Part shown: piece after piece, positions 61,295 through 64,000 of the stretch
Layout of the letters: each line of letters opens with the position of its first letter
Numbering within the stretch: position 1 is the stretch's first letter
Assembly: GCF_011045215.1 (NCBI RefSeq)
Contig: NZ_CP049201.1
Direction: 5' to 3' (one strand)
Length of the DNA: 64,000 bases
Source: Escherichia coli
GTDB lineage: Bacteria > Pseudomonadota > Gammaproteobacteria > Enterobacterales > Enterobacteriaceae
Position numbers and translations under genes: made by a program
The notes under the pieces: generated by a model
Seen by the model: only the letters and a program-made list of their open reading frames with translations
Databases searched by the model: none
What the model was told of the DNA's origin: nothing

Positions 61295-64000
61295 TTACGC
61301 CTCCTCTTCATGGCGAGCAAAGCGACTTTTGGTCCACAATGCCAGGCGGTCGAACAGCAGATAAATCACCGGCGTGGTGAACAGCGTCAGCACCTGGCTG
61401 ACAATCAGACCGCCGACCATGCCGATACCTAACGGACGACGCAGTTCCGCGCCGACCCCGGTACTCAACATCAGCGGCAGCGCGCCAAGCAGAGCCGCCA
61501 GGGTGGTCATCAGGATCGGACGAAAACGCAACAGACAAGCCTGGTAGATGGCATCGCGCGGCGACATGCCTTGCTCGCGCTCAGCAGCCAGCGCGAAGTC
61601 GATCATCATGATGGCGTTCTTCTTCACGATACCGATCAGCAAAATAATGCCGATAATCGCCATCACATCCAGCTCACTTCCGGCAATCATTAATGCCAGC
61701 AGTGCGCCGACCCCTGCGGTGGGTAGCGTCGAGAGAATGGTGATCGGGTGAATAAAGCTCTCGTACAGAATGCCGAGCACGATATACATCGCCACCACCG
61801 CCGCGACAATCAGCCAGACAGTGCTGCCCAGCGCCGACTGGAAGGCGAGGGTGCTGCCCTGGAATTGCGTGGTGATATCCACCGGCAGATTCAGCGTCTT
61901 CTCGGTGTCCATAATCGCCTGCACCGCATCACCCAGCGAATAGTTATCCGGCACGTTAAAGGAGATGGTCGTTACCGGGAACTGATCCAGATGGTTGATG
62001 GAGAGCGGCGCAAAACGCTGCTCAATTTTGGCAATTGAGCTTAGCGGCACCACGCCACCGTCGCTGCTGGTCAGGCGAATGGTATCCAGCGCCGCGAGGC
62101 CTGGGGTATTTTCGGTGTTGTGTTCCAGCACCACGCGATACTGGTTAGCCTGAGTATAAATAGTGGAAATCAGCCGCTGACCAAACGCGTTGTACAGGGC
62201 GTTATCGACATCCGCCATGCTGATCCCCAGACGGCTGGCGCTGTCGCGATCAACATTGACATACGCCACCAGCCCTTTGTCCTGCCAGTCGCTGGAGACA
62301 TCAGAAAGCTGTGGCAGTTGCTGGAGTTTTTCCATCAACTCTGGCACCCAGGTACTGAGCGCATCCAGTGAGGTGGCCTGCAAGGTAAACTGGTACTGGG
62401 TGCGGCTGACCTGAGTATCGATGGTCAGGTCCTGCGTTGGTTGCAGGAAGAGATCGACGCCCGGCACTTTATCCACCGCCGTTTGCAGACGGGCGATGAC
62501 TTTTTGCACCCGATCATCACGTTCATCCAGCGGTTTGAGGTTGATCTGCAAACGCGCACTGTTCAGCGACGGGTTAGTGCCATCAACGCCAACAAATGAG
62601 GTCAGACTTTGCACTGCCGGATCCTGCAAAATCACGTCCGCGACCTGGCGTTGCCGCTGGGCCATATTGGCAAAGGAGCTGGATTGCGGTGCCTGCAAAG
62701 TGCCCTGAATAATGCCGTTGTCCTGTACCGGGAAGAAACCTTTCGGAATGAACACCCACAGCAGCACGCTAAGCAGCAGCGTGCTGAGTGCCACGCTTAA
62801 GGTCAGCCACGGATGATTCAGCACTTTCGCCAGTCCACGACCATAGGCGGCGATTATCCTGTCGAACATTTTTTCCGAGGCACGGGAGAAGCGGTTCTGT
62901 TTACGCAACGACTCCTGGCTGAGCATCCGCGCGCACATCATCGGTGTCAGGGTCAGCGACACCACCGCTGAGATCAAAATCGCTACCGCCAGGGTAATAG
63001 CAAATTCGCGGAACAGTCGCCCGACGATATCGCCCATAAACAGCAGTGGGATCAACACCGCAATCAGCGAGAAGGTCAGCGAGATAATGGTAAAGCCGAT
63101 TTCACCTGCGCCCTTGAGCGCCGCCGCCAACGGTTTTTCGCCTTTTTCGATATAGCGGGAAATATTTTCGATCACCACGATGGCGTCATCGACCACGAAC
63201 CCGGTGGCGATAGTTAACGCCATCAGCGTCAGGTTATTGATTGAAAAATCGAGAAACACCATGACCGCGAAGGTGCCGATTAACGACAGCGGCACTGCGA
63301 AGCCGGGAATGATGGTCGCCGGAATATTGCGCAAAAACAGGTAGATAATCATGACTACCAGCGCGATAGCCATCATCAATTCAAACTGGGTATCGTTGAC
63401 CGATGCGCGGATATTGGTGGTGCGATCGGAAAGCACTGTTACCTTCACCGATTTCGGCAGACTCTCGGTGAGCTGTGGCAGCATCTGCCGAATGCTGTCG
63501 GCGGTGGAGATAATGTTAGCACCGGGCTGGCGCTGAACATTCATCACAATGGCCTGTTCTTTGTTCGCCCATGCGCCGAGCCAGCTGTTTTCTGCACCTT
63601 GCTCTACAGTTGCGACATCGCCCAGACGAATTGGCGCGCCGTTCTGGTAGGCGATGATTAGCTGGCGATACTCTTCGGCGGATTGCATCTGGTCGTTAGC
63701 GGAAAGCGTGACCGCACGGGAAGGACCGTCGAGGCTACCTTTTGCCGAGTTAACGTTAGCGCCGGTAATGGCGGTTCGCACGGTTTCGCTGGTCAGGCCG
63801 AGGGCGGCAATCGCCTGAGCGTTAAGTTTGACGCGAACAGCCGGACGCTGAGCGCCGGAAAGCGTCACCAGGCCGACGCCGGAAATCTGCGAGATTTTCT
63901 GCGCGACGCGGGTTTCCACCATATCTTCCACTTGCGTCATCGGCATGGCGGTTGAGGTGACGGCGAGCGTCATGATCGGCGGATCTGCCGGGTTCACTTT
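61295..64000 (-). CDS. mdtB: RND multidrug efflux pump subunit, N-terminus beyond the window edge
   Basis: C-terminal roughly 900 aa of an AcrB-like RND protein directly upstream of mdtC; the reading frame continues past position 64000. Confidence 0.85.
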   Translation of the reverse strand, partial: KVNPADPPIMTLAVTSTAMPMTQVEDMVETRVAQKISQISGVGLVTLSGAQRPAVRVKLNAQAIAALGLTSETVRTAITGANVNSAKGSLDGPSRAVTLSANDQMQSAEEYRQLIIAYQNGAPIRLGDVATVEQGAENSWLGAWANKEQAIVMNVQRQPGANIISTADSIRQMLPQLTESLPKSVKVTVLSDRTTNIRASVNDTQFELMMAIALVVMIIYLFLRNIPATIIPGFAVPLSLIGTFAVMVFLDFSINNLTLMALTIATGFVVDDAIVVIENISRYIEKGEKPLAAALKGAGEIGFTIISLTFSLIAVLIPLLFMGDIVGRLFREFAITLAVAILISAVVSLTLTPMMCARMLSQESLRKQNRFSRASEKMFDRIIAAYGRGLAKVLNHPWLTLSVALSTLLLSVLLWVFIPKGFFPVQDNGIIQGTLQAPQSSSFANMAQRQRQVADVILQDPAVQSLTSFVGVDGTNPSLNSARLQINLKPLDERDDRVQKVIARLQTAVDKVPGVDLFLQPTQDLTIDTQVSRTQYQFTLQATSLDALSTWVPELMEKLQQLPQLSDVSSDWQDKGLVAYVNVDRDSASRLGISMADVDNALYNAFGQRLISTIYTQANQYRVVLEHNTENTPGLAALDTIRLTSSDGGVVPLSSIAKIEQRFAPLSINHLDQFPVTTISFNVPDNYSLGDAVQAIMDTEKTLNLPVDITTQFQGSTLAFQSALGSTVWLIVAAVVAMYIVLGILYESFIHPITILSTLPTAGVGALLALMIAGSELDVMAIIGIILLIGIVKKNAIMMIDFALAAEREQGMSPRDAIYQACLLRFRPILMTTLAALLGALPLMLSTGVGAELRRPLGIGMVGGLIVSQVLTLFTTPVIYLLFDRLALWTKSRFARHEEEA

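Overview
This 64 kb window reads as an Escherichia coli chromosomal segment in the orientation opposite to the K-12 reference map, running from yehX through to a 3'-truncated mdtB. All gene names are assigned from my own recognition of the translated ORFs and of K-12 gene order; no database search was run. Gene order is: yehXW (osmoprotectant ABC transporter), yohO, mlrA, btsSR (yehUT), yehS, yehR, the yehQPML MoxR-AAA+/VWA/SWIM cluster, yehK, three tandem giant WGR/DUF4132-type paralogs (yehI plus two molR-like genes), metG, apbC, the yehE/yehDCBA chaperone-usher fimbrial locus, rcnB-rcnA/rcnR, the thiM TPP riboswitch with thiMD, yegX, yegW, yegVUT, fbaB, gatYZABCD-gatR, yegS, yegR, the sRNA cyaR, trhP (yegQ), a ParD/ParE-like toxin-antitoxin pair, yegP, baeSR and mdtDCB. 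Most of it is ordinary core genome. The most interesting part is 6.3-24.4 kb: a co-oriented block holding an uncharacterised MoxR-ATPase/VWA/twin-SWIM operon and an intact three-gene array of very large WGR-domain paralogs carrying near-identical DNA repeats at their ends; I flag this as the best candidate for an undescribed system, function unknown. Several points differ from what I recall of K-12 MG1655: both molR-like genes are intact, gatR is uninterrupted, the ogrK/yegZ prophage remnant next to cyaR is absent, and a ParDE-like module sits between trhP and yegP. A candidate unannotated 29-codon hydrophobic ORF with a strong ribosome-binding site lies between yehK and yehL. No rRNA, tRNA, CRISPR array or IS element was recognised.
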